Origin: Owenia fusiformis
Lineage: Eukaryota
DNA length: 64,000 nucleotides
Reading direction: 5' to 3'
Assembly: GCA_903813345.2 (NCBI GenBank)
Contig: CAIIXF020000001.1
Span: 21,328,001-21,392,000 of the forward strand
The translations under genes were made by a program, and so were the position numbers. Within the stretch, counting starts at the first letter, position 1; every line of letters starts with the position of its first letter. Positions 1 through 28,771 of this stretch are shown in pieces. Below the pieces are notes generated by a model. The model saw nothing but the letters and a program-made list of their open reading frames with translations, was not told where the DNA came from and did no database searches.

Positions 1-409
1 CTAGAGACGATAAAATAATTTCTCAGATAATGGCCAAAATCCAACATGTGACTGTCCAAAATCTGTTGAGCTAATTTCCCTCCTCCTTTACAGTTTTTGC
101 TGAACATTGTATGATAAATCAAAGATCACTGAATATAAACATACTATGAGTCACCTTTTTAAAATTCCCTTAAATATAATACTCTGCATGACTGCATATC
201 TATCTATTGCCTGCCTTTTATCAATAAAAAACCAATCCTTTAATTAATTAGCAATCATTCTACCTGTCAATATTACCAAATATTGATGACAAATTATAAG
301 TACAATTTCAAATAATTGAATTCATTCTTGCCCAAATAGTGACACTAATAGTGACATAACCTCTAAATATATTTAGTTAATAACTAATAGGCATGCTACT
401 TATGCTCAC

Positions 410-3400
410 CTAATAAATTCAGATATCCACTGAACAACTGTAGTGTTGATATTTTCTTATTATCATCCATGGTTCTTATAACTCTTGGTAAAGATGTCGC
501 CAGTGCATGTAAGTTCTCTTCAAGAATTTCAACCAAGGATTTTGATTGGTTGTTAGCCATATGTGCATTACTGAACTGCTGTAAGGCCTGAGTAGCCTTA
601 GAAGCTACGTTAGGGTAATCATCTCCCACTAAACCAACTAATACTTGAAGCAGATGAGGAATAGAAGCTTCCATTGATCTGAAATCGCATGCTACAATTT
701 ACATCAATTTTAACAACCTACGTAGTAAATGTATATCAAAAACATTCACTTAGTCAATGTTTGATATGAAGCCTTTACAAGTGAATAAGAAAATGGTGGT
801 GAAAACCCCAAAACAGAACCTAAGGCAGAACCATGAGATTTACAAATGGGTGTAATTGAGAATAGAAATAATACACTTTTGTTTTTAAAAGATATCTTTG
901 ATGCTGCCACATTTACATGATAAGGATTGTTAAATGGAAGAAGTGCTCAAAAGTGTGTGCATTGTAGTGCCACTTGTATGTGACGTCTTATGTGGTAAAC
1001 CCCTCCCCCTCATTATTCACATTTTTGCTAGTTAGTCAAAATTTGCAGATCTTTATTTTTCTTAAATTCTTAATTTTCAAATGGGTGCAAGTGGTTTTTC
1101 AAGTGGGTGCATATCTCACACTTCCTACAGTGGGGAGATCACACTGGACAATTTCTGCAACTGAGAATCGACTTACTTGTTACACTTGGTAATGAGGGCC
1201 TCTGCCCAGTCAACGAGAGCCATGCGAACTTTCCAGCTAGAGTGGCCCACCAATGTTGCGATATTCTGAACAAGAATATTCAGTTTGTGTGCCGTGTCTT
1301 CACTCCATCTCTTACACCTGGTCACTGCTAATTTGTTACTCTCACTGTGATGACTGGACTGTCCTGGAAATGAAATAAGGCATCAACATAGAAAAATGTC
1401 ACCACCTGGCTACAATTACAAAAGTGTAACCATGTAACATAACAAACAACCCCAAATGCAGAATGTGGATGGTGGTTACAAGAATGTCTATAACAATGTC
1501 ACAACTCATTTTTGTTATTGGTGAGTTTGATATTTCATTCAATTGACACAAACTCTTGAAGAAAACACATTTGCCAAAAACAGGAAAATTCATGCAACAA
1601 TTCTCACTTTACCTACACAATGAATAAATTACATGTAGTATGATGAATGTAATCAAAATTGATCATTAGAGAATGAAAAGGGATTTTTACATGCCAATTG
1701 TCAAATGATTTTGCTATACATGAGATTCACACATTGCAGTATTCCAGAGAGGAAAGGCGAATTGGGCCACTAATTATTTGAAATATTGTAACTTATTCAG
1801 GAAGTATAGCACTTGTGGAATCTGACTCATATGATTCAAAAACTTCAAAGAGATGACCTTAATCAAAAGTAGAATATTTATATTACCTGATGATTTGGTA
1901 TTTTTTTGTTCTGCAGCATTTAACATCTTATCTCCCATGACAAGGCACACAATCTTTGTCCAGCAGTGAATGGCATTCTAAATAAACAAAAAGACATTCA
2001 TTCAAAATCTTATTGAATTTAAATAAACCAATGGTGCACATAATTTAGTCTACATGTTACATAGATTCAAGTATTTTCACTACCAGTTGACGACACACAA
2101 CAGGAAAAATAATGTGGGCGCAAACTTTCTTATGAATTGATTTGGTTGATGCCTGATGTTCTACTTGCATTCTTTCTTTGAATTATAGTTAGATATCATT
2201 GAGAGTGTTTGATGAAATAAAATGAAAATTGGTCAGACAAAACAGACTTACAGAATGTTTTCACAATGGAAAATATGTGAACCAGAACAACTTCCATAAT
2301 TTGATGTATGAAATAAAACATGACTTACCGGTGTTACATTCTGTCCTTGTTTGGTGTACCCTATGATGACTCTATATATAGCAAGACTTATATGAAATGA
2401 TGCATGACTTACCAGTGTTACATTCTGTCCTTCTTTGCTGATGCATGACTTACCAGTGTTACATTCTGTCCTTGTTTGTTGTCTCCCATTGTGACTCTAT
2501 ATACAGCAAGACTTATATGAAATGATGCATGACTTACCAGTGTTATATTCTGTCCTTGTTTGGCGTCTCCCATGGTGTCTCTATTTATAGTAAGACTTAA
2601 ATGAAATGATGCATGACTTACCAGTGTTACATTCTGTCCTTGTTTGGTGTCACCCATGGTGACTCTATATATAGCAAGACTTATATAAAATGATGCATGA
2701 CTTACCAGAGTTACATTCTGTCCTTGTTTGGTGTCACCCACGGTGACTCTATATATAGCAAGACTTATATGAAATGATGCATGACTTACCAGTGTTACAT
2801 TCTGTCCTTGTTTGGTGTCTCCCATTGTGACTCTATATATAGCAAGACTTATACCAGGCAGGAATGATGCAAATATGTTCCCAACTGATATCACCATAGT
2901 AGGGCACACTGCAATATATATAAATAAAAGACTGAATATTCAAGACAATATAAGCATGTACATGTACTTTGTATGATATGAGAGCACAGAAAAAAATTCA
3001 ACATTTCGTTTCTGTTCCTTTACAAGAAAATCTACTTTTCATAGCTTTGGACCTCAAATCACATGGGCCCATAAAACCAGCATTTTTTTTTAAAAATTTT
3101 GCACCGAAAGAAGTTCATTTTTTCACTCCTTCTCAATAAAGAGGTTTGAAGACGTTTCACTACTAGATAGACCTAGTCAATCAACTTTTGTGACACCTCT
3201 ATTAAGAATACTAATTGTATTTGTAATTTAAATGTAGCATGCTCCCATTTTCATCATCATGATACGTAAAGAGATCACATTCCACAAAATCAAAACCTTT
3301 CTTATTGCAAGTAAATACCTTTCATATTGCTATTTAATACCTTTCGTATTGCCAGTTAATACCTTTCTTATTGCATTGTGCCAGTTCTAGCAATGCATCC

Positions 3401-6400
3401 ATGGCATCCGTCCTGAGTTGTCTTAGTTTTTCTTTCTCTATGAGGTCTAGTAGTAGAGATACAGCATGCCCCATGGGTGGAAGAAATGGGACTGCATATA
3501 CTTTCTCTATAATGCTACAACATACAACATAATAAAACATTACTCTCCAGATTTGCTGATAGGAGATAAGGCTTCCTTGTTCATCCTCTATTTAAAATAT
3601 GAATTTATATTACAATAGACTATGCATTGTATTAATCAGGATTTTCTTTCCAGCTGGTTGCAATTACATATAACTTTTATTGACATATTGTATCATAACA
3701 TGATTACATTAGTCATTATAAAATTGTAACATTTTGCTACAGACACTATTATAGTTTTTATCACTCAGGAATTATATGTATAGCCCAAAGGACCACCAAA
3801 TACCCCTAGATATGATATATATGATATATGTTATTCACCTAGAATTTCAGTAGCTATGAGATATAATATAAATGTCTAGTATTTATATACAGTTTACCTG
3901 TCTGGGGCTTGTTTAATAAGAGTTCTCATGCACTTCACAGTCGCATGCTTCAGCTCTTCTGGGATCTCCTCCACTACAAAGATAACATAAACTGCTACTA
4001 CCTGTAAGTCTTATCTTAAATTACTATAAAATACTTTTAATTCATAAAATGTAACTTACATAATTCATAATATGTAACTTACACAATGAAAAAAATGGCA
4101 ATAAACTTTCGCTTCTATGTTATGAAAGATTGAAGAAAATACAGCCTCACCTACATGTATGTATACATGTAGTAAGCAGTACCATCAGTTAAAAATAAAA
4201 TAAATCTGAAATGGCAACTCTTACAGTGTATCTATTGGTCTATTGTTAAATGTCTGTCTCCTTTTATAAAAATAATGAATCTTAGGTTTCACTGACGGCA
4301 GAAATGATAGCATTTTTGAAGCGATACTGGTTTTAGTTTTTTTTTTAAAAAGTTTGAATGGAGATTCCAATCTATTTCTTCGGGTCTGTGGAGTCGAATG
4401 GTGTCAGGAGATAGAGTTCTGTGACTATTGCATAATTTCATTTATGGTTGGATTCTAGTCAAAATCACCTTGAAGATTCTTGGAATTTCAGGTTGCTTCG
4501 AACAAAATCTCTTAGAACACGTGTGTTTAAGATTCCCTATGGGGTATAATAGTGTAAACTAGGCTAGGCTAAATAAAATTATTTAAAAAAATCTGCAAAG
4601 GGATGATCTTTCATTTACAACTGGTGGGTTGATAAAAACACAAAACATACCTTTCTTTTTCTGATTAGGTGGTGGGCTGACCAGTATGCAGAATGTGTTA
4701 AATAATCCTTGAAATAATTCCCAGTTGTGCATTGTTGTTCTGCTAAATATTGTATTCATGCAATTCAGGACATCACAATAGAACTCTGTTGACCTGGAAA
4801 ATCAAATTAAACTTTCCTTCAACACTGTTTAAACAGTTGACTTTCATTAGTATTAATAAGGTGTGTGTCTTTCTGTCCAAATGTGAGCATACACATAGTT
4901 GTCTTGCATGGGGCTCGGGCCCCCTCTCCTTTAGTGGGCCCAGAAATTTTTTTTAGTTTGTGGGCCCAAAAATTTTGTAGGGCCTCAAAAAATGGGCCTT
5001 AAGGACATAATTTGGCCTTTTATAGTCCAAATGTATCGGCAGAACGAAAATATTTTCGTTTTTGATTGCAATATTTGCATGTAATATTTAACTATAATAT
5101 CAACCATCAAATTCCTCCATTTATTGGTACTTCCGGGCCACTTCCGGGCCAGTCAAACGGGGAATCCCCTTTTAATTCCAACAGCCATCTTGGAAAGTGA
5201 TGCAATCTCTCTCAATCAAAAACGAAAATTTCTTCGTTCTGCCGATAAACCCAGACAATTTTGGATTCAACTACACGAAAAGAATGCTAAAATACCAAGG
5301 AATCTATTGAAGTACAGTCAAAACAGTAATGTTTGTGAGTACTTTGAATTTAAAAAATAAGCAATCAAATGACCATATTGAAACAGTTTATGTAAAATAG
5401 AAACATTTATATTTATCTTAACTTTTGTATATTTCAGATAGTAATGTATAATGTGCAGCAAATCTGTGGCTTTTTGTAATTTAGGGAGTTTCAGCCATGT
5501 TAATTTTTCCAAAAATAACATGGCAGAGAAGTATCAAAACATAAGATAACAGATATGATAGCTAAACAAGAAAACAAACTAAAATATACAAAAGTTAGGA
5601 TAAATATAAATGTTTCTATTTTTACATAAATTGTCTGAATTTGGTTATTTGATTGCTTATTTTTTAAATTCAAAGTACTCACAAACATTACTGTTTTGAC
5701 TATAGGTTACTCGAGTCTCTAGCCAATACTTGCCAATACTTGGCTAGAGGGGATTTTATCTGGAATACTGTGAACTCCATTTGAAAAAAGCTGGCCGCTG
5801 TGTCATAAATTTATTGAATATTTTAAAAATCGCCAGATAAATAAATCATTAATCAAAACAGACCCCGCTCGGCTCCTTGATGAGATATGACATGATTTCA
5901 TCAGGATTTCGTCTAAAATTAAAACAAAATGGCTCCAAGAAAAATGGCGATGTTCGAAAACTGGACGAAATGTCGTTAACGTCTGACATTAGTAACTGGC
6001 TGTAAATTTTAAGTTAGCGATCCAGAAGATGTGAACTAATACACTGATAAGTGTGTGTTTTGGAATTTTTGGTGAGGTAATAAGACCAAAACTCTCAATT
6101 CAAATTGTGATGTGGAAAAATGGCGGACATATGATTTCAAATTTTATGATTACGACATGACCAGTTGTTCATGCAGGAATATATCTTTACTGGAAGTGGC
6201 CTTTGAAGGTAAACTATAGATATCTAAAGTGTAAGGGGCGTAAATAATTCTCATAAGTTGTAATCGTACAGGCAAAAGATTGGGCTCGTTCCAGGACTAT
6301 AGTCCTGGCACGGGATAAGTAAAATGGACTCTAGGTACCCAGTCACACACTACACAGCTACCCATTTTTACACAAACCACCATTAGTTCACACAGCGCAA

Positions 6401-7185
6401 ATGCGTACTTACTGTAGCCTTAGATCCCTGAGACTTATCCCGTACCAGGACTATATAGTCCTGCATCGAGAGCATTCTTTTGCCTGTACAATTACAACTT
6501 GGGAGAATTATCTACGCCCCTTACACTTAAGATACCTACTTCAATTGATTCCTGGGTATTTTAGCATTCTTTTCGTGTAGTTGAATCCACAATTGTCTGG
6601 GTATATCGGCAGAACGGGAACATTTTTCTTTTTCATCGAGAGATATTCCATCACTTTCCAAGATGGCGGTTGGATTTAAAAGGGGATTCCCCGTTTGACT
6701 GACCCGGAAGCACCAAAAATGGAGGAATTTGATGGTTGAAATAAGTTAGATATTACACGCAAATATTGTGATTAAAAACGAAAATTTCTTTGTTCTGCCT
6801 ATAAACCCAGACAATTGTGGATTCAACTACAAGAAAAGAATGCTAAAATACCAAGGAATCTATTGAAATAGGTATCTTATAAGTGTAAGAAGCGTAGAAA
6901 ATTCTCCCATGTTGTAATCGTACAGGCAAAAGAATGCTCTCAATGCAGGACTATAGTCCTGGCACGGGATAACCTGAGACAAATATGTTATTGAACTTAC
7001 GTATTTTTGGACTGCTTCAAGATGAAACGAAGTGGAAACAGTACATATTCTTGCAGACTTTGCAAACTTTTTTGGTCCAATTCTTCTAATTTTTCATTTA
7101 GTTCTTTTACATTTTCTCTTGTGTGTTCTTGGGAGAGTGTAACACATATCGGGCGAAGAGTACTAAAAGCGGATGTTGAATCCAT
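410..7185 (-). CDS. TTI1: TELO2-interacting protein 1 homolog (TTT complex, HEAT repeats); first 8 coding exons, gene continues beyond the window start
   Basis: Exons 7185-7001, 4793-4651, 3973-3898, 3514-3363, 2908-2790, 1977-1887, 1363-1177, 678-410 join in frame with GT-AG junctions. Peptides match TTI1: AFSTLRPICVTL...LQEYVLFPLRFILK; IPEELK; GHAVSLLL; FASFLPGIS...GDTKQGQ; HSSWKVRMAL; LEENLHALATSLPR...LFSGYLNLLG. Confidence 0.93.
2320..2853 (-). repeat. 84-bp tandem repeat made of the TTI1 exon-5 3' end plus its splice donor (about 6 copies plus a 41-bp partial copy)
   Basis: Unit atgacttaccagtgttacattctgtccttgtttggtgt...gactctatatatagcaagacttatatgaaatgatgc starts at 2320, 2404 (partial), 2445, 2529, 2613, 2697 and 2781. 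ORF 2418..2909 shows a repeated 28-aa unit. Confidence 0.97.
3292..3376 (-). repeat. 22-bp tandem repeat (4 copies) spanning the TTI1 exon-4 splice donor
   Basis: acctttc(t/a/g)tattgc recurs at 3295, 3317, 3339 and 3361; the 3361 copy is the true exon end. Confidence 0.85.
5030..6975. mobile_element. Foldback/MITE-like repeat cluster in TTI1 intron 1
   Basis: About 5030-5313 is the reverse complement of about 6538-6800. About 6220-6320 is inverted relative to 6434-6540. About 6780-6975 is a further copy of the same unit. A related fragment lies near 57660-57830. Confidence 0.75.
5315..5701. mobile_element. Tc1/mariner-type MITE inserted into the foldback element
   Basis: About 55-bp TIR cagtcaaaacagtaatgtttgtgagtactttgaatttaaaaaataagcaatcaaat ... 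atttgattgcttattttttaaattcaaagtactcacaaacattactgttttgacta, with TA flanks. Confidence 0.75.
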
Positions 7186-7299
7186 TTTTATTGTGTCAAT
7201 TCACTGCTTGCTTTATGTTTGGTAATGCATTTAGAAAGCGAGAATATGGGCTTATTAGCCTTTTGCGGATTATTGACATAGACATAGACATAGAATGCG

Positions 7300-7651
7300 A
7301 GAATTCATGAAAAATTACTCATTCCTCAGTTTGGACCCTACCGGAACCGGAAATGAAACCATGAAATGAAATGTTACAGTACATAGCTACTGAAATACAA
7401 ACGTTAGCTGATAAATATACGAATTAAATCTATGATAATTTTAACGTCGGATAAAAATCAAAATCAAGGCGACATCGTTATATTATTGTTCCCGCCGGTC
7501 AATAAGTGCAGTGGTTGACCTGGCTCGATTCTGATTGGTTAGGAAAGACGAGCCCTTTTTCCCACGTTCTAACAAACAAGAAAGTGACGGCTTACATAAC
7601 ACATATTACTGCTGTTTCCACCATCAGTGTAATCTCCTTTAACGCGTGAGT
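7300..7651. promoter_or_regulatory. Probable bidirectional promoter (TTI1 / TDH)
   Basis: Just upstream of the TTI1 ATG: tandem CCGGAA (ETS-like) sites at about 7341-7353, a reverse CCAAT box (ctgattggtt, 7531), local CpG enrichment, an Inr-like TCAGT at about 7624 and a plus-strand donor GTGAGT at 7646. Confidence 0.45.
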
Positions 7652-8679
7652 ATCTCATACACCTTTTAAACTATTTAGCTAATATTTCTGATTGAAAAGA
7701 TTCCGCAATTTCATAGATCTAGACATCTAAATACAAAAAGGGCCAAAAAGCAATCAAATTCAAAAATCAAAAAAGTTAGACCACAAATTCATGCCATGTG
7801 ATGGAAGTCCCCTCACTCTTATATTGTGTAGCCTATATTACTTTTTATAGAGAATATTAGAGGGGGAGTTGACTTACTCCCCTTGTACAAATTTTGGCCG
7901 CTTAAAAAAATCCAGGCATGCAGGCCCAAAGCCCCAGAAGCACTCGTTGCCATAAGTCGCGCCCTCAAAACCCGGGTCAGCCGTCATCCAAATCCGCCTT
8001 TGCAAAAATGTGAACGGTTATTAATTAGATTCGTTCGTGTTATTTTCGGGAGTTTTCAAACCTGGAATTGTTTTTATTAGAAGGGTTCCTCGTTATCAAT
8101 TGTAATATGTAAGATTTTGACCCAGACTGACACAGCAGAAATTGTAACACTGGAGGATGGTAATAGCGTGGCATTGTATTTAAATAAATTATTATTCATA
8201 TATATGAATAAAAATAAATTTGTTTCAAGTTCCTCATCTCTACTGGTCAATTGTTCCTTGTTTTAGTAGCCATTGTACCGATATATCATCTTAGTCAAAA
8301 TAGAGAATGAACGAGTATAAGGGGTCTTCTAGCGTTGCACATTTTACACCAGTCATAATACGTATCTATTTCCAATGTGTATAATGTCTTGGTAGATACA
8401 AAATAACACGTATAAAATTTTAATAAAACGAACTTTTATATTTCGTGGCCTCATTAAGCACTTATTTCGTTTGGAATGACCTTAAACCCTGGTCTGCGAA
8501 ACAAACATTTAAATAAGGGATTGGCGCGCCCGGGTCTGACTGTAAACCTCCTGTTCACTGTCGTATGGATTATGAATGTAGTTTTGCACACTTGTCAACG
8601 GAAACAAACAGTAAACCCTGCTTTCCTGAACCCGGGGTTTCCAGGATTCGGCTCGCATCCCTTCCCCTCTTTCTCCAAA

Positions 8680-8860
8680 GCCCGGGCCCAAAGCCAGGGG
8701 TGGAGCGGAGGGAGCGGCCGCTCTCCCACCGGGTCAGAAATTCTTTCAAAATGATGCAGTTTTTCACCATTATTATTTTTTGCCTTAACTGTCAAAAAGT
8801 TGAAAAGCCCCCCTTGGCAAAAACCTGGCCGCTCCCCCCAGGTAAATCCTGGCTATGAGC
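8680..8860. repeat. Dispersed GC-rich short repeat (MITE-like); second copy at about 50065-50200
   Basis: aaattctttcaaaat(g/c)atgcagtttttcaccatt...cccccttggcaaaa(a)cctggc is shared between 8738-8830 and 50082-50196. Confidence 0.65.
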
Positions 8861-9329
8861 CTTGCATGACTCTCGAGGCTCTACACTTTTCGAACTCAGT
8901 TACTGAAACAAACAACCCAATTTGGTAACAAAATGTCGGTAGCTAGAAGTTATAATTTTTCTTTTAATAGAGGCCCCCAAGTAGTGGGTGGATCTCTTCA
9001 TACATATAGGAGCAGGTAAAACTGGTTTAAGTGACCTAAATAGTCTGCCTATTACCCCACATGTATATGCCAAATCGGCTGTCATATGATGTGATTGAGG
9101 TTCGAAGATATGTCTATCACATGAACTATGACATCAGTCATATACTGTACATGTATATTGCCCTATCACCAAAATCTAAGCGTCACACATTAATGTTGAT
9201 TCTATTTTAATCTGTGACGTTATTAACGTGTTTTGTCCATTTGGTCAATCGACTTTTTAAGTCCATCCAAATTTGGTTTCCAAACTCATGTAGTTATCTA
9301 ACCAACGAGCAAACAAATATTTAGCTACT

Positions 9330-10810
9330 TTATGACTTTATGACTTATTTAGGCGAAGGCTATTTTTGCCTGTTGCCATTCTTATCTGGGAGTGTGCGTC
9401 TTGGGGGTGGGGGGAGTAACGGGAAGGGATACCTTTACTGGCCTTTCATGGATACTGGAGAACTTCACAGGACATCTTGGTACTTGTAGTCATGCTTGGC
9501 TGGATGATCTGCCCAATGTTTGTCGAGGTTGATCTTAAATTGTAGTACATTGTCGGAATCTATGACACTTTGGGGTAGACTATTCCAGGAATTTATGACC
9601 CTCTGAGTGAAGAACTTAGATCTCTTAACTGTCCTTGAGTGAGGCTTTATTAGTTTCATGCTGTGACCTCTGGTTCTCCCTTGATCCTCTGCTTTAGTTA
9701 GCAAATCCTCAACAGGGATATTATATAGTCCATTCAGTAATTTATAAGTCTCAATCATATCTCCTCGTTTTCGTCTGAAGGCTAAAGTTGTCATATTCAA
9801 CTTTTCAAGTTTCTCTGGGTATTCGAGCTTGTTGAACCCTGGGATCATCTTGGTGGCTCTCTTTTGGACTTTCTCTAGGGCTTCAATATTGTCCATCTGG
9901 TATGGCGACCATATTGTGACTGCATACTCGAGTCTAGGCCTGACTAGTGCCTTGTACAAGTGGGTCATGGTATCAGGGGTTAAATGCTCAAATGTCTTCC
10001 TGATTATACCTAGTATGCTGTTTGCCTTATTTACTATTGTCCTGATGTGTGTTCCCATTTTTAGGTTTTCTGTGATCTCAACACCAAGGTCTATTTCACT
10101 TTTACATTGTTCTATTTCATGAGTACCAAGTTTGTATTTGAACTCTGGAGGATTGTTACCTATTCTGAGGACATGACATTTTTCTTAGTTGAAGCCTAAC
10201 TGCCAGTCTTCAGACCATTGTGCCAGGGCCACGAGGTCTTTCTGTAGGTCCTCACAGTCTTCAATTGAGTTTACTTCCTTGAATAACTTTGTATCGTCAG
10301 CAAATAGGTTTACTGTGTTGGATACATACTCAGACATGTCGTTAACGAACATGAGAAAAAGTACCGGTCCTAACACAGTTCCTTGAGGTATACCAGATAT
10401 AACGTCTTTCCAACCTGATTCCGTGCCGTTATTGATGACTTTCTGTTTCCTATACTTATGTGTACTAGGTCCATTTTGGGAATCGTCCTCACTTGCACTG
10501 TCGTTATTCTCTGGAACCCGGTATAAGTCTCCCTCGTTTCTCGCTCCCAAGAAATCCTTTATCCAATCGAGAGTTTTTCCTCCTATTCCTAGGCTCGCTA
10601 CTTTCCTTATTAGTCGCAGATGAGGCACTGTATCAAACGCTTTCCTAAAGTCAAGGTAGATAACGTCCACGTTACTGCCTTCATCGAGGATTCTGGATAG
10701 GGCTTCGTAACACATGATTTACATGGCAGAAAACCGTGCTGACATCCTGCAAGTAGGTTGTTTGAAGCCAGGTGGTTAATAACTTTTTCCCGAATGATGG
10801 ATTCCATGTA
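9330..10810 (-). mobile_element. 5'-truncated CR1-like non-LTR retrotransposon (RT and C-terminal domain of ORF2), disabled
   Basis: QHGF, YLDFRKAFDTVPH, GIPQGTVLGPVLF, FADDTK, LYKALVRPRLEY, RGHSMKL, FFTQRVINSWNSLP. Frameshift near 10715 and in-frame TAA at 10185-10187. The 3' end has a short AAGTCATA-type repeat tail at about 9330-9348. Confidence 0.93.
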
Positions 10811-12497
10811 TGTTTTGGTGAATAAATTTTCTCTACATATCATGTGGCCTTTTTTGAGTAAAATTTTCACTGGATTATTTTGTTTCCTTATCCCAACGAA
10901 CATATCTTGGATATAATGAAGCCCTCCGTCAGTCAGTCTGTCAGTCCATCTATCTATCTGTCTGGTTGTCTGTCTTGAGCATATCTCAAATACTTATCGC
11001 CCAATTCTCTTCATATTTGGGGAAAAGATGTATTTTGGTGAATAGTTGTATGCACAAAAAATTTCAAGATGGCCACTACATTAAAAATGGCAGGAATGAA
11101 GTTTTTCATTTTAAAACTATGTAATAAATATTATTGTTTGAAATTTTGATAATATATTTACAACATAAATCTATTTCTCATACGTATTTTCTGCATTTTT
11201 CAGCCTGTCCCCAGGGGCAGTGAATTGGGGTCGGGAAAACTGGGTCGTTTTTCTGATTCAAGCCTTGTAAAATTCTAAATACCACACTAATACAGATATT
11301 ATACTCAAATTGTAGGCACTTAAGAGTAGATTACAATAGACTAATACGTGATAGATGAAAACATGGTCATTAACATAAATATCTCCCGCAATGCATCACT
11401 TCAAGTGGGACAAATTTTCATTGGTCTGTTGATTAAACCAAATTCTCCAAACCTTTAAACCATGTTTTTGTCTTGACGATAAAGGTCATACCTTATAAGT
11501 AACATGTACCCGGTTGAAAATCTGAAAATAATATACCACCTATGGGCGTAGCGCTATTTTTCTAAGAAATACGCCACCACAGGAACAAGATTTGAACGAA
11601 GTATAAAACAAGCGTGCAGGGGGGTCTTGGTGGATTTCCCCCAGGAATATTTTGAAATTTGGTTGTATTTAGAGCGAATTTGCAACCATCTGGTACGCCT
11701 GTGTGTACCCAGCGTACTGGGCACTACGCCCATGCCACCCTGCTGAAAGTCTGTCTGCACCTTATATTACCAAAAGTTTGAAATAGTGAGATATTTTGAT
11801 AAAATGCAACAAGTGTGCTTTCCAGAAAAAATAAAAAATCATGTCTTAACATACTTTATTTCTTGTGCCTGAAAATAACATGTGCAGGGATAACAATTTT
11901 TTTTCAAAAATATTTTCTTGAACATGTGCCTTAAAGTATAATATCTTTAGAATAAACACACTGAATTTGAATCGGACTTGCTATTTTATTAAAGTTGTAA
12001 AGTGTGTATTGATTTTAAACCAGTATTTTATGTGTTATTTCAGGGTCAATGTTTAGTACAAGAACGTAGAGCTCAAAGGATTCAATCAATAAACACACAG
12101 TACACACACGTCTGCAAAGAGTATAAATTTTGTAAACCAAAGGCCGGATCAAGCTCCACATTAGAGGTATATTGACGTATTGGATATATACTTGTACATG
12201 TACTTCATCTTCAGAAGAAAACCTACTACTACCTAGAAGAGATTGATCCTCAAAGGCATCATTATTTAAAAGTTCAGTTATAACAAGGTAATAACCGGGG
12301 GTAATAATAAAAAACCGATCCATAAAGTAAATGCCTAACCTTGAATACTGTACAGTGTACACTACTAAAAGCACTGTACACTACTAGACTACCTCTATTT
12401 TAGTCAGAGGCACAACGTTTAATTAATAAAAACAAAATTGGACACTTATTGAGAAAATATCTGAATATCTAACATCAAGGACATTGTATACAGAATC

Positions 12498-28457
<15,960 letters not shown>

Positions 28458-28771
28458 AGACATGGCTGAAATGAGAGTTTATAAAACTGCCCCATTTTTG
28501 ATGGATAAAAGTATCCATAATGAAATGCCATTTTTAATCATCGTGTGCGGTGCAGAAATGGAAAGACCAGAATGCTTTTGTGTGTCAAAATTTCTTCTTT
28601 ACTTTTATATAGAATTTGCTAGAACATATTGTTCCAATACACAACAGGCCTGAAAACAACAACCCAAGTTGTCATGGAAATTTCATTCTCTGCACCTCAC
28701 TGTTGTTATTTTGCAATTTTTATGACATTCCACATAATCATTCCATCTTGTGGAGTGAATTCTCTCACTTT

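Noticed and set aside
2320-2853. CRISPR-like regular array
   Set aside because: The whole 84-bp unit repeats with no unique spacers, it overlaps a eukaryotic exon, and there are no cas genes.
8476-8858. Five overlapping ORFs in a GC-rich patch
   Set aside because: No recognisable protein; part of the patch is a dispersed repeat also present near 50.1 kb, and high GC explains the lack of stops.
10185-10187. Programmed readthrough in LINE ORF2
   Set aside because: The copy is 5'-truncated and also frameshifted, so a simple nonsense mutation is the simpler explanation.
12015-12374. 119-aa minus-strand ORF
   Set aside because: No motif, AT-rich non-coding composition and no supporting splice structure.
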